64,000 nt of DNA from Octopus vulgaris (Eukaryota). The notes beneath the pieces were generated by a model, which searched no databases, had not been told where the DNA came from, and was given only the letters and a program-made list of their open reading frames with translations. Positions 24,930 to 40,954 of the stretch are shown one piece after another (position 1 is the first letter of the stretch; each line of letters begins with the position of its first letter). The stretch lies in assembly GCA_951406725.2 (NCBI GenBank), contig OX597831.1, positions 83,824,001 through 83,888,000 of the forward strand, written 5' to 3'. The position numbers and the translations under genes are program-made.

Positions 24930-27030
24930 TTTGGTAGGAATTACGAATCTTATTTAATAAAAGTTTGACTCAGCTCCATGCAGCTAAGCTCGTAGAATGA
25001 CCACAGCTCATCAAAGATTTGAAGTAGTTCTGGCGTTCACAGGGTGTCCCAGATAAAACGGGACATGAAAGTTTAGTTTCTCATATTATTGCGTCTGAAA
25101 GAGTACATATACTGTGTTTATCATCCCTTCAAGTTATTGGCTACCATAGGCGTGTCGTATCTTGTTATACCATCGGATGGTGTGATGGCTGGCTCTATAG
25201 AGTCTATAGTATCGCACACAGCCTTTGAGAAACAGTATCCACTCAGTGGGCAGTTGCAGGGCGGGATGTGTATTGGAGGCTGTGTACGTTTCGCGTTTGC
25301 CGTGGCGTAAGAAGCGATATTGTCTAAATAAGAGTAAGTGACCTTGGCGTTATAGAATGTTGAAATGTTTATTATACTATAGATTCGAAGAAGGTATTTC
25401 TTAATAAGCATCAAAAAGCTGGTAGTTATGTTGATTTGAAACTTCTAGGATAAATGGAGGATCGAACCTCTCTCCTCTTTTATCTGGAGATTCCATGGCC
25501 ACCGGAATGATTTCCCCAACATGGAATACAGTAACATTGACAGTCTCCATCCTGTAGTCAACTAGAGCTCACAATTACCAATTCTGCCACCGCTAGAGAT
25601 TACACATACTCCACGAACCTGCAGTAATCTATCCATCAACAGGAGGTGTGCTCTATTGATGAACTTCATGTCACTAACACCTGACACTCCAGATACACCA
25701 TATTAGGCATGCCTTCTCCACACTAAAAAAAACATAACACTTAACCCCTGTCACCCGTATAGACTGCTTGCTGCCCTACAAATGTTGGCAGTCCAAACTG
25801 TAAAATTTTTATATCAGCACCCAATCTGGTCACTCCTACAGAATGGCTGTTGTCACCCGTTGCAGCACCCCGCTCTAACATGTGCAATAAGTGCAATGAA
25901 CTGATGTCGCTAAATAAACAAAACCGTAGACTCAAGACATTACAGCAACTCTTCTTGCCAACCTCTAGACCACGTGACCTGAGAACAAAATTAAGGATGC
26001 CGTTTCGAGACCGATTGACGGATAGAGACCAGACATCTAGAAGCCATCTTGAATGCATTCATTTACTGTTACTCGATCTCCAAAATGCCTGACCAGTTAC
26101 GTTTTCTCTATGAGCCTATCAAAGTTGCATGGTGCCGAGTCAAACTGTTATTCAATAATACATGTAACCCTGAAATTTGTTGAGTGCCACTTTCATTTTT
26201 GTTCTTTTACTCGGATGCACATAATGGATAATGGTCGTCTTCCTCTTTCACACTGTAATTGCTGTATCAATATACCAAGCTGTTTCACTTAAATCTATTG
26301 AAAATGATAATGAAATAGCAATGTTTCAATACAGAAAATTTAGCGCGTGTGTGTGCAGTCCGTATGACCTAGGAAAACCATCACCGCCCATTGCCGACGA
26401 AAATGTCCGTAATGCCTGTGGCATAAAGTTTTTGCACCTGCGGTTCTCTACTGCAGCTTTCTTGCTCGTCACGGCTACTTCCGACTCGACGTGGCACCGG
26501 AAAGTCGCCTCACAGGCGATCACACAAGCAAAAATTTTAGGTACAATAAGGCTTGCACACCTCACAGACCATCTCTACCCTATTGACATGATCCAGAGAC
26601 AAGCCAGGACAAGATATCCAGTGACAATATGGGTCACAGACTCAGGAGTGTAGGAGAAAAGACCCTCAAAATATCCAATGCCATTCTCTCTATATCCGGT
26701 TTTATATCGGGGTTACTTTCTGTAAGAGACATTCTTTAGCAAAAGTTGAGAGATGCTTCACTTTCAGTGGTTTTCAAGAACACCGGACACCAACCTGGTT
26801 ATAATTCTGAGGGCTTGAACTATTGCTAGATAGTCGTTGAACGCATACTGGATTCATCTGTTGTTCTGTCAAGTCTTATTTTCCATCATGCTGAATTTTT
26901 AGCAACCCTCCTCACCTACCAAACCTAAAAGGGGGTGCCGGCTTAGTCGCCGACCACCCGACCATGCAACAGATTGTTCTGCATTCTCTGTTACCAGGTG
27001 TACTCATCTGAGATCTCACAAGTGACCTAA
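24930..27030 (-). pseudogene. Decayed Penelope-like element (RT plus GIY-YIG)
   Basis: RT-like LSLRFCLFS...RGAATGDNSHSV at about 25850-25950, then YNAKVTYSYLDNIAS and CNCPLSGYCFSKAV at about 25200-25350. Boundaries are approximate. Confidence 0.65.
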
Positions 27031-27494
27031 CATACTCACATACATGCATATATTGTCAAAACTTGCTACACAGCTCCATTATACAATAAACGCTTGAAAA
27101 TCTAATATGAAACCGGTAAAGTTTATTCCTATATTTTAAAATATATTTGAATTCTAATTATATCCTTTGCTCATTTTCAACTTCATTTCTTCTAGTCCTC
27201 TAATTGTTCTGATTCGTGGATTAATATATATTACATACACACACACGCACACACATACACACACACACACACACTTATACTCACACATACACACACACAA
27301 AAATACAATCTATACGAAGGAAATTCAATCAGTACGGCACTTATTGAAATGTAGAGCGGAGAAGGGATCTCGAACCTAGGACTTATGATTATGATCTGCT
27401 GAGCCACCCCACAAGAAACTAAAATAAATAGTTGAGCACTTCTCATGTTTGAGCGCAATACCCCTAATCCTAATACTTCTGTATGTGTGCGTGT

Positions 27495-27900
27495 ATGTAC
27501 TTATCTTTAAAAATCTAGTATTTATTCTATCGATTTCTTGCTGAACCGCTAAGTAACGACGACGCAAACGTACCAACACAAGTTGTCAAGCGGTGGTGGT
27601 GGACAGACACAGACACACATTCTGGTTTTGTTACTTGTTTCACTCATTTGACTGCGGCCATGCTGGAGCACCGCCTTAAAGGGTTTTCAGTCGAAGGAAC
27701 CAACCTCAGTACTTGTTTTTTAAAGTCATGTAATTATTCTATCAATCTTTTGCCGAACCGTTAAGTTACTGGGACGTAAACACACCAACACCAGTTATCA
27801 AACGGTAATGGGGGTCGAACACAATGATACATTTACATTTATATACACGACGAGCCTCGGGCTTCATTCAGTTTCCATTTACCAAATTCACTCACATGCC
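27495..27900 (-). mobile_element. Diverged SINE family A fragments
   Basis: Tail catttgactgcggccatgctggagcaccgcc and body motifs. Confidence 0.7.
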
Positions 27901-27970
27901 TATAGTTGAAGGTCTCACGCATTCGGACTGAACCCTGCCACACTTGCACCTACACACACACACACACATA

Positions 27971-28037
<67 letters not shown>

Positions 28038-28423
28038 CATACGCATGCACACATATACAATTTATCTTTCTATCATTGCTTTCGTAACGCGAAAATACTC
28101 ACAATTTCTTACGATGACCTTTACTATATAACGGCTTAAAATGACTGCGATGGTTTCAAATTACGTAATACAACGAATAATGTAAATATCCGCATTAGCA
28201 ATTAAACTAATTTTTTCTGTATTGAAACATTGCTATTTCATTATCATTTTCAATAGATTTAAGTGAGACAGCTTGGTATATTGATACAGCAATTACAGTG
28301 TGAGAGAGGAAGACACCCATTATCCATTCAAAAAGACGAAACTGCTGTTAATTTAACTTAAGCATTTATTGTTTGGTTTCAAAATTGCGGCCTGGTCACT
28401 CACACGATTCCACTACAACTCAG

Positions 28424-28460
<37 letters not shown>

Positions 28461-28866
28461 CAAACGGAGGATGGATGAAGTAAGGAAAGGGAGATAAAAC
28501 ACTGTAGACAGTGTGTTCAATTAAATTGGTTGTGACCGTAACCTTCACATTTTTGTTCTTTCCCCCAGATAATTGTCAACAATAACGGTTATGCACGAAA
28601 GCCTGAAGAAAGCGATGCGTTACATAACAGACTTACTAATGGAGAAGCAACTTGTTTAGCCTGAGAGTATTCAACACGATGTCGTATTTTCAGTTACATC
28701 TTAACGCATGGGTACACTGAACAATTGACTAGGGGCCTCGTAGGTCTAGGGACACAACTATAATTTATTATGCTGTTGCTTGCAGTCAATGAATTCATAG
28801 TGTAGGATCCAGTGCAATGTTTTGTCCAGGAGCCTATAATGCTACTAAGTGTTACGTAATGTTACA

Positions 28867-28916
<50 letters not shown>

Positions 28917-28917
28917 G

Positions 28918-29080
28918 ACGCAGGAGTGGCTGTGTGGCAAGTAGCTTGCTTACCAACCACATGGTTCCGGGTTCAGTCCCACTGCGTGGCACTTTGGGCA
29001 GGTGTCTTCTACTATAGCCTCGGGCTGACCAAATCCTTGTGAGTGGATTTTTTAGACGGAAACTGAAAGAAGCCCGCCTA

Positions 29081-29140
<60 letters not shown>

Positions 29141-29373
29141 AATATATGTATATGTGTATGTGTTTATATGTTTGTGTGTCTTTGTTTGTCCACCCAACAT
29201 CGCTTGACAACCGATGCTGGTGTGTTTACGTACCCGTAACTTAGCCGTTCGGCAAAAGAGACCAATAGAACAAGTACTAGGCATACAAAGAATAAGTCCT
29301 GGGGTCGATTTGCTCGACTAAAGGCGGTGCTCCAGCATGGCTGCAGTCAAATGACTGAAATGAGTAAAAGAGG
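28918..29373 (+). mobile_element. SINE family A, full length
   Basis: Head, microsatellite and tail. Confidence 0.9.
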
Positions 29374-29374
29374 G

Positions 29375-29405
<31 letters not shown>

Positions 29406-29458
29406 TATGTATATGTATATTATATTTATGTGTGTATATATATACATACATATATAGG

Positions 29459-29895
29459 GGCAGGATTGGCTATGTAGTAAGTAGCTTGCTTACCAATCAC
29501 ATGGTTCTGGGTTCATTCCCACTGCCTGGAACCTTGGGCAAGCGTCTTCTACTATAGCCTTGGGCCGACCAAAGCATTGTGAGTGGATTTGGTAGACGGA
29601 AACTGAAAAAAGCCCGTCGTATATATGTATACATGTATATATGTATGTGTGTGTACATGTTTGTGTGTCTGTGTTTGACCCCTCCCCCCCCCCAACATCG
29701 CTTGACAACGGATGTTGGTGTGTTTACGTCACCGTGACTTAGCAGTTCGACAAAAGTGATCGATAGAATAAGTACTAGGCTTACAAAGAATAAGTCCTGC
29801 GGTTGATTTGCTCGACTAAAGGCGGTGCTCCAGCATGGCCGCAGTCAAATGACTGAAACAAGTAAAAGAGTAATAGAGTAAAAGAGTAAAAGAGA
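29459..29895 (+). mobile_element. SINE family A, full length
   Basis: Head, microsatellite and tail with (agagtaa) repeats. Confidence 0.9.
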
Positions 29896-30155
29896 CATTA
29901 CTAGACGCTGCAAGAACGACTTTATATTTGATGCAAGGAAAGCCATCAAAATCTTGAATATTCACGCTATAAGCTAATATAACTTTCACGTAATATTGGT
30001 TTTAAATTTTAGCACAAGGTCGGCAAGTTCAGTTAATGGGGATAATCGATTACATCAACCCACGTGCTCAACAGGTACTTATTTTGTCATGCCCAAAAGA
30101 TGGACAAAGTATTTTTTTTCTATTGGAAGCACAAGGCCTCAAATTTAAGGGAAGG

Positions 30156-30656
30156 GATTAAGTCGATTAAACCGAAAGGATGAAAGGCAAAGTTGACCTC
30201 GGCGGAATTTGAACTCAGAATGTAGCGGCAGACGAAATATCTATTTCTTTACTAGCCACAAGGGGCTAAACACAGAGGGGACAAACAAGGACAGACAAAC
30301 GGATTAAGTCGATTATATTGACCCCAGTGCGTAATTGGTACTTAATTTATCGACCACGAAAAGATGAAAGGCAAAGTCAACCTCGGCGGAATTTGAACTC
30401 AGAATGTAGCAGTAGACGAAATATCTATTTCTTTACTACCCACAAGGGGTTAAACACAGAGGGGACAAACAAGGACAGACAAACGGATTAAGTCGATTAT
30501 ATCGACCCCAGTGCGCAACTGGTACTTAATTTATCGACCCCGAAAGGATGAAAGGCAAAGTCGACCTCGGCGGCATTTGAACCCAGAACGTAACGGCAGA
30601 CGAAATACAGCTAAGCGTTTCGCCCGTCGCGCTAACGATTCTGCCAGCTTGCCGCC
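30156..30656 (-). mobile_element. SINE family C tandem array (about 2.5 bodies)
   Basis: Same organisation as 18052-18625. Confidence 0.87.
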
Positions 30657-30714
30657 TTTGGATTAAATATTACAATCTTTCGCCACTGTGATATTACTGT
30701 ATTATATATAAATT

Positions 30715-31070
30715 GGGAGATATACCAAACACCTTAGTGAACGGCACGTGCAGAGTACCAAAGATCCCGCTTTCCACAACGAGACATAAGGACCCAGCAC
30801 CGTAACAGCTGTAGTTTCAAGAGCCCGCAACCTTTCAGCATTCTGCCAACCTCAGCGAGATGTACATGCGGAGGTTTTTCAAGGAATATCTGCACAAATT
30901 TCTATCTGAGAAATCAGATGAACCCACATCGCCGCAGGGGACACAAAGAATAGCAACTCCGTCGAACTCGCTACTTCACCAGAAACAACACAGGAAAGAA
31001 GACAGATTGCACTAAAAGGCAGTGCCCCAGCATGGCCTCTGTCTCTGAGTGAAACCAGTAAGAGATGAAA
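30715..31070 (+). mobile_element. Diverged LINE 3' end, same family as 45290-45635
   Basis: Homologous GPQ.F.ILP...FK..L..FL....DEP remnants and tail ggcagtgccccagcatggcc. Confidence 0.6.
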
Positions 31071-31184
31071 GATAAGGACGGACACACACAGACACACACA
31101 CACGCACACATAGATAGATAGATAAATATATACATATATATATATATATATGGAGAAAGAGATGTGCGTGTGCATGTATGTATA

Positions 31185-31258
<74 letters not shown>

Positions 31259-31330
31259 CACATGAACAACTTCGAACACGTGTATATGTGTGTGTATATA
31301 AATATGCATACAAGCAGTCATATGTGTGTA

Positions 31331-31430
<100 letters not shown>

Positions 31431-32187
31431 TGTGCATATATATTAAATGCACATAGATACAACACTTGCGCATAAAATAAACACTCACATACATGTGTGC
31501 ATATATAAAGATATTTAACCCATACTATACGCATCATGTGATCTCTGGTGATCTAATTTGGCAACTACGAATAAAAGGTTATTCCTAACTAGAATGTAAT
31601 ATGTTAATCGGGTGTAAACATGCCCGACCATTCCACTTGGATTTTGCTGTCTCCAAAACCCAGTTGCATCCTTTAATAGAATTATTTTATCCAATGGCTT
31701 GAAAATTGTTGAATCAGTATGCAGACTTCCTGTCTGTAGAATATTTTAAAAGGACCACTAATTCAAGACACGATTGCGTTGAGTCACATTTTATCTGGAT
31801 AATACTTGAAGTCAAGCCAAAGAATGAGAGAGTGAGTAATTTATACAGACGATCGACCAGCTAGAAACGTCAGCCAAGTCTCTCTGTAGTCACAATGCAT
31901 ATCTACACACACACACACACGCGCACACACACACACACACACACGCACACACGCACACACACACACGTATATATGTGTGTGTTCTATTGGTTGTTTCTAT
32001 TTCAAATTATAATAACAATTTTACACTAAACTGAAGGATTACTCGATATTATTTCTTGAGTGTGAATTTATTATTCTTTACCAAAGATAGAACAGACCGA
32101 TGGAAGCTTCTTAGCATGCTGAAAAACTTCGAATTCACTGCCAACACTATTCCCGCTAAAGAATTATACATGCATAGTCATATGTAC

Positions 32188-32855
32188 GCGGCGAGCTGGC
32201 AGAAACGTTAGTGCGCCGGGCGAAATGCTTAGCGGTATTTCGTCTGCCGTTACGTTCTGAGTTCAAATTCCGCCGAGGTCGACTTTGCCTTTCATCCATC
32301 TCGGGGTCGATTAAATAAGTACCAGTTACGCACTGGAGTCGATGTAATCGATTTTATCCGTTTCTCTTTCCTCGTTTGTCCCCTCTGTGTTTAGCCCCTT
32401 GTGGGTAGTAAAGAAATAGGTATTCTTTGAAGGAGGCGAGCTGGCAGAAACGTTAGCACGCCGGGCGAAATGCTTAGCAGTATTTCGTCTGTCACTACGT
32501 TCTGAGTTCAAATTCCGCTGAGGTCAACTTTGCCTTGCATCCTCTCGGGGTCGATAAATTAAGTACCATTTACGCACTGGGGTCGATATAATCAACTTAA
32601 TCCCGTTTGTCTGTCCTTGTTTGTCCCCTCTGTGTTTAACCCCTTGTGGGTAGTAAAGAAATAGAAATAGGTATTTCGTCTGTCGTTACGTTCTGAGTTC
32701 AAACTCCGCCGAGGTCGACTTTGCTTTTCATCCTTTCGGGGTCGATAAATAAAGTACCAGTTTCGCACTGGGGTCGATGTAATCGACTTAATCCCTTTGT
32801 CTGTCCTTGTTTGTCGCCTCTATGTTTAGCCCCATGTAGGCAATAAAGAAATATA
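32188..32855 (+). mobile_element. SINE family C cluster (three tandem units)
   Basis: Two headed copies plus one headless body. Confidence 0.88.
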
Positions 32856-33151
32856 TACATGATAATTGTCATGGTGGAACAAAGCAATAACGGTTATGCA
32901 CGAAAGCCTGAAGAAAGCGATGCGTTAGCCTGAGAGTATTCAACACGATGTCGTATTTTCAGTTACATCTTAACGCATGGGTACACTGAACAATTGACTA
33001 GGGGCCTCGTGGGTCTAGGGACACAACTATAATTTATTATGCTGTTGCTTGCAGTCAATGAATTCATAGTGTAGGATCCAGTGCAATGTTTTGTCCAGGA
33101 GCCTATAATGCTACTAAGTGTTACGTAATGTTACACGATATATATATATAG

Positions 33152-33496
33152 ACGCAGGAGTGGCTGTGTGGCAAGTAGCTTGCTTACCAACCACATGGTT
33201 CCGGGTTCAGTCCCACTGTGTGGCACCTTGGGCAGGTGTCTTCTACTATAGCCTCGGGCTGACCAAATCCTTGTGAGTGGATTTTTTAGACGGAAACTGA
33301 AAGAAGCCCGCCTATTATATGTATATATATATATATATATAGAGACGCAGGAGTGGCTGTGTGGTAAGTAGCTTGCTTACCAACCACATTGTTCCGAGTT
33401 CATTTCCACTGCGTGGCACTTTGGGCAGGTGTCTTCTACTATAGCCTTGGGCCGACCAAAGCAGTGTGAGTGGATTTGGTAGACGGAAACTGAAAT
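33152..33496 (+). mobile_element. Two tandem SINE family A 5' halves
   Basis: Heads at 33152 and 33345. Confidence 0.85.
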
Positions 33497-34385
33497 ACAT
33501 TTTGTCAGGAAAAAAAACAAAAACGTGGTGAAGTTTGCAATAGTTTTAAATAAAAGTTCGCATCTGGATTTAGAAACGAACTCGTCTTAACCGTCAACAA
33601 GAACTTGCGCTTCTATGAAACTATAAGCGAATGTCTAAACAATCATTCGACCTTTGTTACATGATGAAGACGCAGCTCTAAAGGTTGGTACGCTTAGGTG
33701 ACGAAGCATTTCCTCATCTATTTCTGAAACTGGGCCTAAATATATTTCTTTTGCTATCCCCAATTTTGACTGATGGTACTCTGAAAACTGGGATTTATTG
33801 TTCTTTTTAGTTGTTGATGTTGGTGAGTTTCATTATTTTCGCTTTTATTGTTTTTGCTTTATATTTTCAGTTCTTCGTGGAATCCAGATCTAAAGTGCGT
33901 TCTATTTTAACTAATATACCAGCTAGGTTTTCTGTCCTGTATCATCAACCCCCAAATATTTTGTTTTTCGTGCCTTCTAATGAACATAGTTCTGATATGT
34001 CCCTATGGCCATCGGACATCATTAGGATTTACAGGTCCATTTTGACATCCTCTGATCACATGTCAACCATCTTTAAGTCTGCTTTCACTATTCTCCCATA
34101 CTGCGACACAAAAATCGCTACTAACCATGGGAGGTCCACGTCAGCCAATATTTCTTAATGTGAATCGTCAAAGTATCAGCTGCTCTCTGACAGATTTGTG
34201 GTCAAACCTGTGGTAGTGAAGATCTCCGGCGTTATTGGCCTTCCAACTACACCCCTCTCACTGCTATTGGTGCAGACACAGTTATCTGCAAGTGCGAGTA
34301 CCGTGGCTCAGAATGGTTATTCCAGTGCGTCTCTATCACCATCCTCCGAGAAACGTCTTTTCCATTTTGTCCGCCAGTACATAAG

Positions 34386-34620
34386 GCAGACGACTTGGCA
34401 GAATCGTTAGCACGCCGGGCGAAATGCGTAGCCGTATTTCGTCTGCCGTTAAGTTCTGTGTTCAAATTCCGCCGGGGTCGACTTTGCCTTTCATCCTTTC
34501 GGGGTCGATAAATTAAGTACCAGTTTCGCACTGGGGTCGGTATAATCGATTTAATCCGTTTGTCTGTCCTTGTTTGTACCCTCTGTGTTTAGCCCCTTGT
34601 GGGTAGTAAAGAAATAGGTA
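34386..34620 (+). mobile_element. SINE family C monomer with TSD
   Basis: gtacataaggcagac occurs at both ends (34377 and 34618), partly overlapping the element ends. Confidence 0.9.
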
Positions 34621-35736
34621 CATAAGGCAGACTGACAAGTCTTATGTTTCTTCAATATAATAATGTCTATTAGTACAGCTATTAATGCGTCAACATATAT
34701 TGAATCTATGTTTTTGAGCCATAGATTGAGCCATAGATTGAATCAGAGGTATGTTTGAGAATTTCAGCATGTATTTTCCTCGCGCTTCCAGTTTCAATGG
34801 TTCAGCAGAGAGTAAGTACCATTCACAACGTTTGCATTTTTCAGTTAAGTTAATGTTAATTTCTCTCGATATGTCCTGGAGGGTTTTTGTAGTCGGAGTT
34901 GATGTGAGGGGAAAAAATGTTATCCATTTCCGTCGTATGGTAAGCAGAGATACGGAATTTGTCTCTTCGCCTTTTTCTGGTTTTTCTCCAGTGGCAAAAG
35001 AATGTCGATGTTTCATACAAAATATTTCCCACAACATTTATCCCTTCTGGCTCTCTATCTGCTCATTTTGCACTGAAGGAAGTTTTATCTTCACACAGCT
35101 GCTATTTGAAGGAACCGCAAGTATTTGGAATCGTCTAAGAGTTGCTACTGCTATTTGTAATGTTGTTGTGAGGTGGTGGTGTGACTAATGTTGTTGATGG
35201 TGATGGTGGTCGTGTAGGCGTTGTTCTTGTTGCTGGTGGTGGTGATTGCTCTTTTGTTGTTGTTGGTTGGTGGTGGTGGTGGTTTTGTTACTCACGCTAC
35301 CTTTCGGATTGAGTGTTTGAGATATTTTCTTCTAATAATTGTTCTGTATCATATTCATTTATTCTTTCTCGTGTACATTTTCTGTTGTGTGTTTTTGATT
35401 TTGTGTTCCTTATTTAGCTATTGTAGTGTTTTGTCGTCTGTCATAATTGTGTGCAGTAGCCATTTTAGACATGGAAATGGTAATGTGTGGAAACAGAATT
35501 TTAAAAAAGTTTGCGGAGCACCTTGTTTACTGTTATCTTTTCCCGAGAATCGATGGTTGATCCTGTTTTATGGGTCATGAGCGCTCCAAAGAAAATTTCA
35601 TTTGATAATACTTGAACACAATATGTTTCGAAAGAAGAATCAAAATGACATCTTCACATTATGTGAGTCAAATAATAATAATAATAATGAAGATGATGAT
35701 GACGACGACGACGACGATGATGATGATGATGATGAT

Positions 35737-37273
<1,537 letters not shown>

Positions 37274-39037
37274 CCAGTATATAAACACAAGGCCTGAAAT
37301 TTTGGTTGGTGTGAGGGTAACAGTCGATTACATCGGCCCCCAGTGCTCAACTGGTACTATTTTATCGACCTTTGAAAGCAAAGTCAATTTCAGCCGAATT
37401 TGAACTCAAAACATAAAGACAGGCGAAATGCCGTTAAGCATTTTGTCGGTTGTGCTGATGTTCCTGCCAAGCTCCCTGCCCCAACAGCCACACCAACGAC
37501 ATCAACAATAATACTATCTTTATTTAGACCAGTGGGGGTCATTACATATCATATAAACATACATTAAAAGGGCTTACAAAAATGGGTGGGGTGGGGGGCA
37601 AAGAACGAAGATGAAAATGTGTGAAAGACGTTATACAATAAGAGTTGGGACAAGTTTGAAGATTTATAAAAAATAACAGAAATAATGACATTGATTAAAG
37701 AATCTGGAGGGGGGGGGACATAATAATTAAAACAAATATCAAAATTAAAATTTGTCAAGTGGGTTGATTACATAACTTTTTCGTGTCTAAAAGAAAAAAA
37801 AATTCCAAGTAAAACCTTTTGGTTAAAGTAGCAAGTAAGGGCCGACGTCATACATTTGACTGATGTGTAGCATTAGGGGAACTTTAAAAGAGCATCTTAT
37901 CAATAATAAATTAATTTTGTTTTTAAATGTTGTTGTTAGAGACAGAAAGAATATTAATTCAAAATAGCAATCTGTGTATCGTACTTAAAGCAGATAAATC
38001 GCTGAAAGCCTTGCAAAAATGTGATATCTGCTTTGAGTATGATACAGAGTATACTATTTTGAACTAATATTGTTTTTGTTGCTCATAATGAATCTTAATT
38101 CAGCATACTTGCTAATTATTAGTGATTCTTCAATCACTATTTTCCTCTATCAGTAGTGGCTGATTGTTATCTTAGCATTCTAGTACTAATGGATAATTAA
38201 TATTGACGAAGCCCATGAAGACAAAAATAGCAATTCCATCACAGCTGCTGGCAGATTTTACATTTTAAAAACTATACGTCTATTCGAGATGCTTTCTCGA
38301 TGCAAAAACTGCATTTCATAAGGCTTTCAACTATGTACTTACTTACTTGTACTTGTGGCGACATTCACTCTGGGCGGGTTGAGTCGGCTTCTTCTACTCA
38401 TGGAAGAAGTTTCGTGGGAATATGTGGGTTTCACAAGCGGTCCCCAACAATCCTGCATGTGGAGACATCCTGTTTGCCGCAGATTGTCCGTAGACGCAGG
38501 GACAGAACGACCGAGGAGCCGCCGCCGGTTGCCGAAACAGACAATCCGAGGATTTTTCACCAGAGCCTCGACTGCCGGGTTGTGGCCCTAATACCACTCG
38601 GTGTCAGACCAATCCGCCTTGGATGGGTGGCCCTACCAGGAATCGAAGTTCCCGACAGCATAGCTCTGACACTACCCGTTGCCAGTGTCCCCACTACGAT
38701 GAGAGGGGGTGGAGAAACTATGCATTTGTTTTAAGTATGATACTAAGATTGCTTTTTCTTTTTGTCAGTTACCATCACTCTCCTAAATAAGAAACTCTCG
38801 AAACTCCTCATACGTTTTATATGCGTCATTAATCAGTTATATGTTAACTATGCACAGGACAATAAGCTTAATATAAATTTTCTTGCTAAGAGAAATTTTC
38901 TTTTCAAAAGAGTTGGATACCTCGCACTCCTTGATTGTCCTTCACGTTTCTTTCTATCTTCTGTTGGTAAGAGATCGTTTCGCATTTTATTTTGTTTCTT
39001 ACCATCTCTCAGTTTCCATCTAGCCTCACAAATTGAT

Positions 39038-39259
39038 GGCGAGCTGGCAGAAACGTTAGCGTGCCGGGCGAAATGCGTAGCCGTATTTCGTCTGCCGTTA
39101 CATTCTGAGTTCAAATTCCGCCGAGGTCGACTTTGCCTTTCATCCTTTCGGGGTCGATAAATTAAGTACCAGTTACGCAATGGGGTCGATGTAATCGACT
39201 TAATCCCTTTGTCTGTCTTCTTTGTGTTTAGCCCTTTGTGGGTAGTAAAGAAATAGGTA
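39038..39259 (+). mobile_element. SINE family C monomer
   Basis: Matches the family C consensus. Confidence 0.9.
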
Positions 39260-39804
39260 CTACTGTGAAGAGGTGGAGGTTTCGGCACAGACAGGTAAAA
39301 AGATCTCGTAATTTTATCGGTCAGCCTCCAAAAACCTCATTAACCACCAAATCCTCCAAATGCTGAGGCAACTCACATCACCTTTTGAGTCTCTCTCCAA
39401 CCAACCAGTTGTTTCTAATAAGTTCGGTGATTTGTTGACTAAGTATATGCCACACACCTTAGTCGTCAGCACGTCTAGTTCGTCATCAAGATCCTCAAGA
39501 TCCTCAAGATCTGGATATCAATTTGCTTGCTGCCACAAGTGATGAAGCTGCAACATATTTACCTGAGACCTGATTCATGAGAGAATTTATTCAAATAGAA
39601 CGAAAAGAACACAAAGTCTGCTGACAAAATGAAATACACTACTTACCTTTAATTTGTGCCTCGAGCGACTTTGCTTGTTCATCAAAATGCGAAACGTTAT
39701 CCAAAACAATGTATAGAAAATTATGATATATATATATATACTGGCAGCTTCAATACATTAGACAAGATTTTCAGCTCCACTAGTTGTATCTCTTTTTCTT
39801 CCTG

Positions 39805-39970
39805 TATAGAAGAGGAAAACGCCGTCAAAACTTATATCGGCAATTTCATTACTGACACTGGCGGCCTGGAATGTATCCAGGACCTCTTCGAGGCAGTAGT
39901 GATGGACGAGAAGTGTGGCGGGCGGACCGTGTTGCTGTGGCCCAGGTTGGAACTCGGCCATAATAATAAC

Positions 39971-40011
<41 letters not shown>

Positions 40012-40027
40012 TAACAATAACAATAAC

Positions 40028-40069
<42 letters not shown>

Positions 40070-40080
40070 GATAACAATAG
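39805..40080 (+). mobile_element. Probable RTE/L2-type LINE 3' end with (AAT/AAC)n tail
   Basis: KTYIGNFITDTGGL...DL..AV.MD..W-like terminal motif, followed by a triplet tail. Confidence 0.5.
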
Positions 40081-40535
40081 AAGAAATATTGGTGCACAGT
40101 GTACCGATCACGAATGCAATTGTTGCAGTATGGCGAAAACTTCTGCAATCATTACATCTTTTTTCTTTTTTTTTTCTTTTCTTTCTTTCTTCTTTTCTTT
40201 TTTGAGACAGCTATTACCAGGTTGAGTCGATACGAAAGGCACCGAACATTTCAAACTGAAATTGGGACGTACAGAACTAATTTGACTATACTCTGATGAA
40301 TAGCCAAAGTACTCAATAGCATACATCCGATCACAAAAGCCTTTATTTAAATGTCTTGTCAATGTGTTCGTTCTCTGTTGTCCGGAAAATGCCAACAGAG
40401 AAAGAAAATCAATAACATTTTCAGATATGCTGCACTCTACCTATGGATGTAAATAATAAAGCTCCGGGTTGAAACTCGATAATATGAGTCAAAGAGTTAT
40501 GATTGAGGGTATTCATCGATATGAATGGTGTTAAT

Positions 40536-40769
40536 ACCTATTTCTTTACTACCCACAAGGGGCTAAACACAGAGGGGACAAACAAGGACAGACAAACGGA
40601 TTAAGTCGATCATATCGACCCCAGTGCGTAACTGGTATTTAATTTATCGACCCCGAAAGGATGAAAGGCAAAGTTGACCTCGGCGGAATTTGAACTCTGA
40701 ACGTAACGGCAGGCGAAATGCGGGAAAGCATATCGCCCGGCGTGCTAATGTTTCTGCCAGCTCGCCGCC
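40536..40769 (-). mobile_element. SINE family C monomer
   Basis: Matches the consensus; ttaatacct occurs on both sides. Confidence 0.9.
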
Positions 40770-40954
40770 TATTAATACCTGAGAGTTAAGAACACTGAAT
40801 CTGCTGTTTCAGAAATATTAACTTGTCCACTGAAGGACGCTTTTCCAAGTGTAAGGACTTTCCAATTCCTGACTACAGTGCGACTTGGCTACTCGTCCTT
40901 AAATGTCTACCACAACTCGATCATCATTGACTTTCGGTGTTTACTACAATCCAG

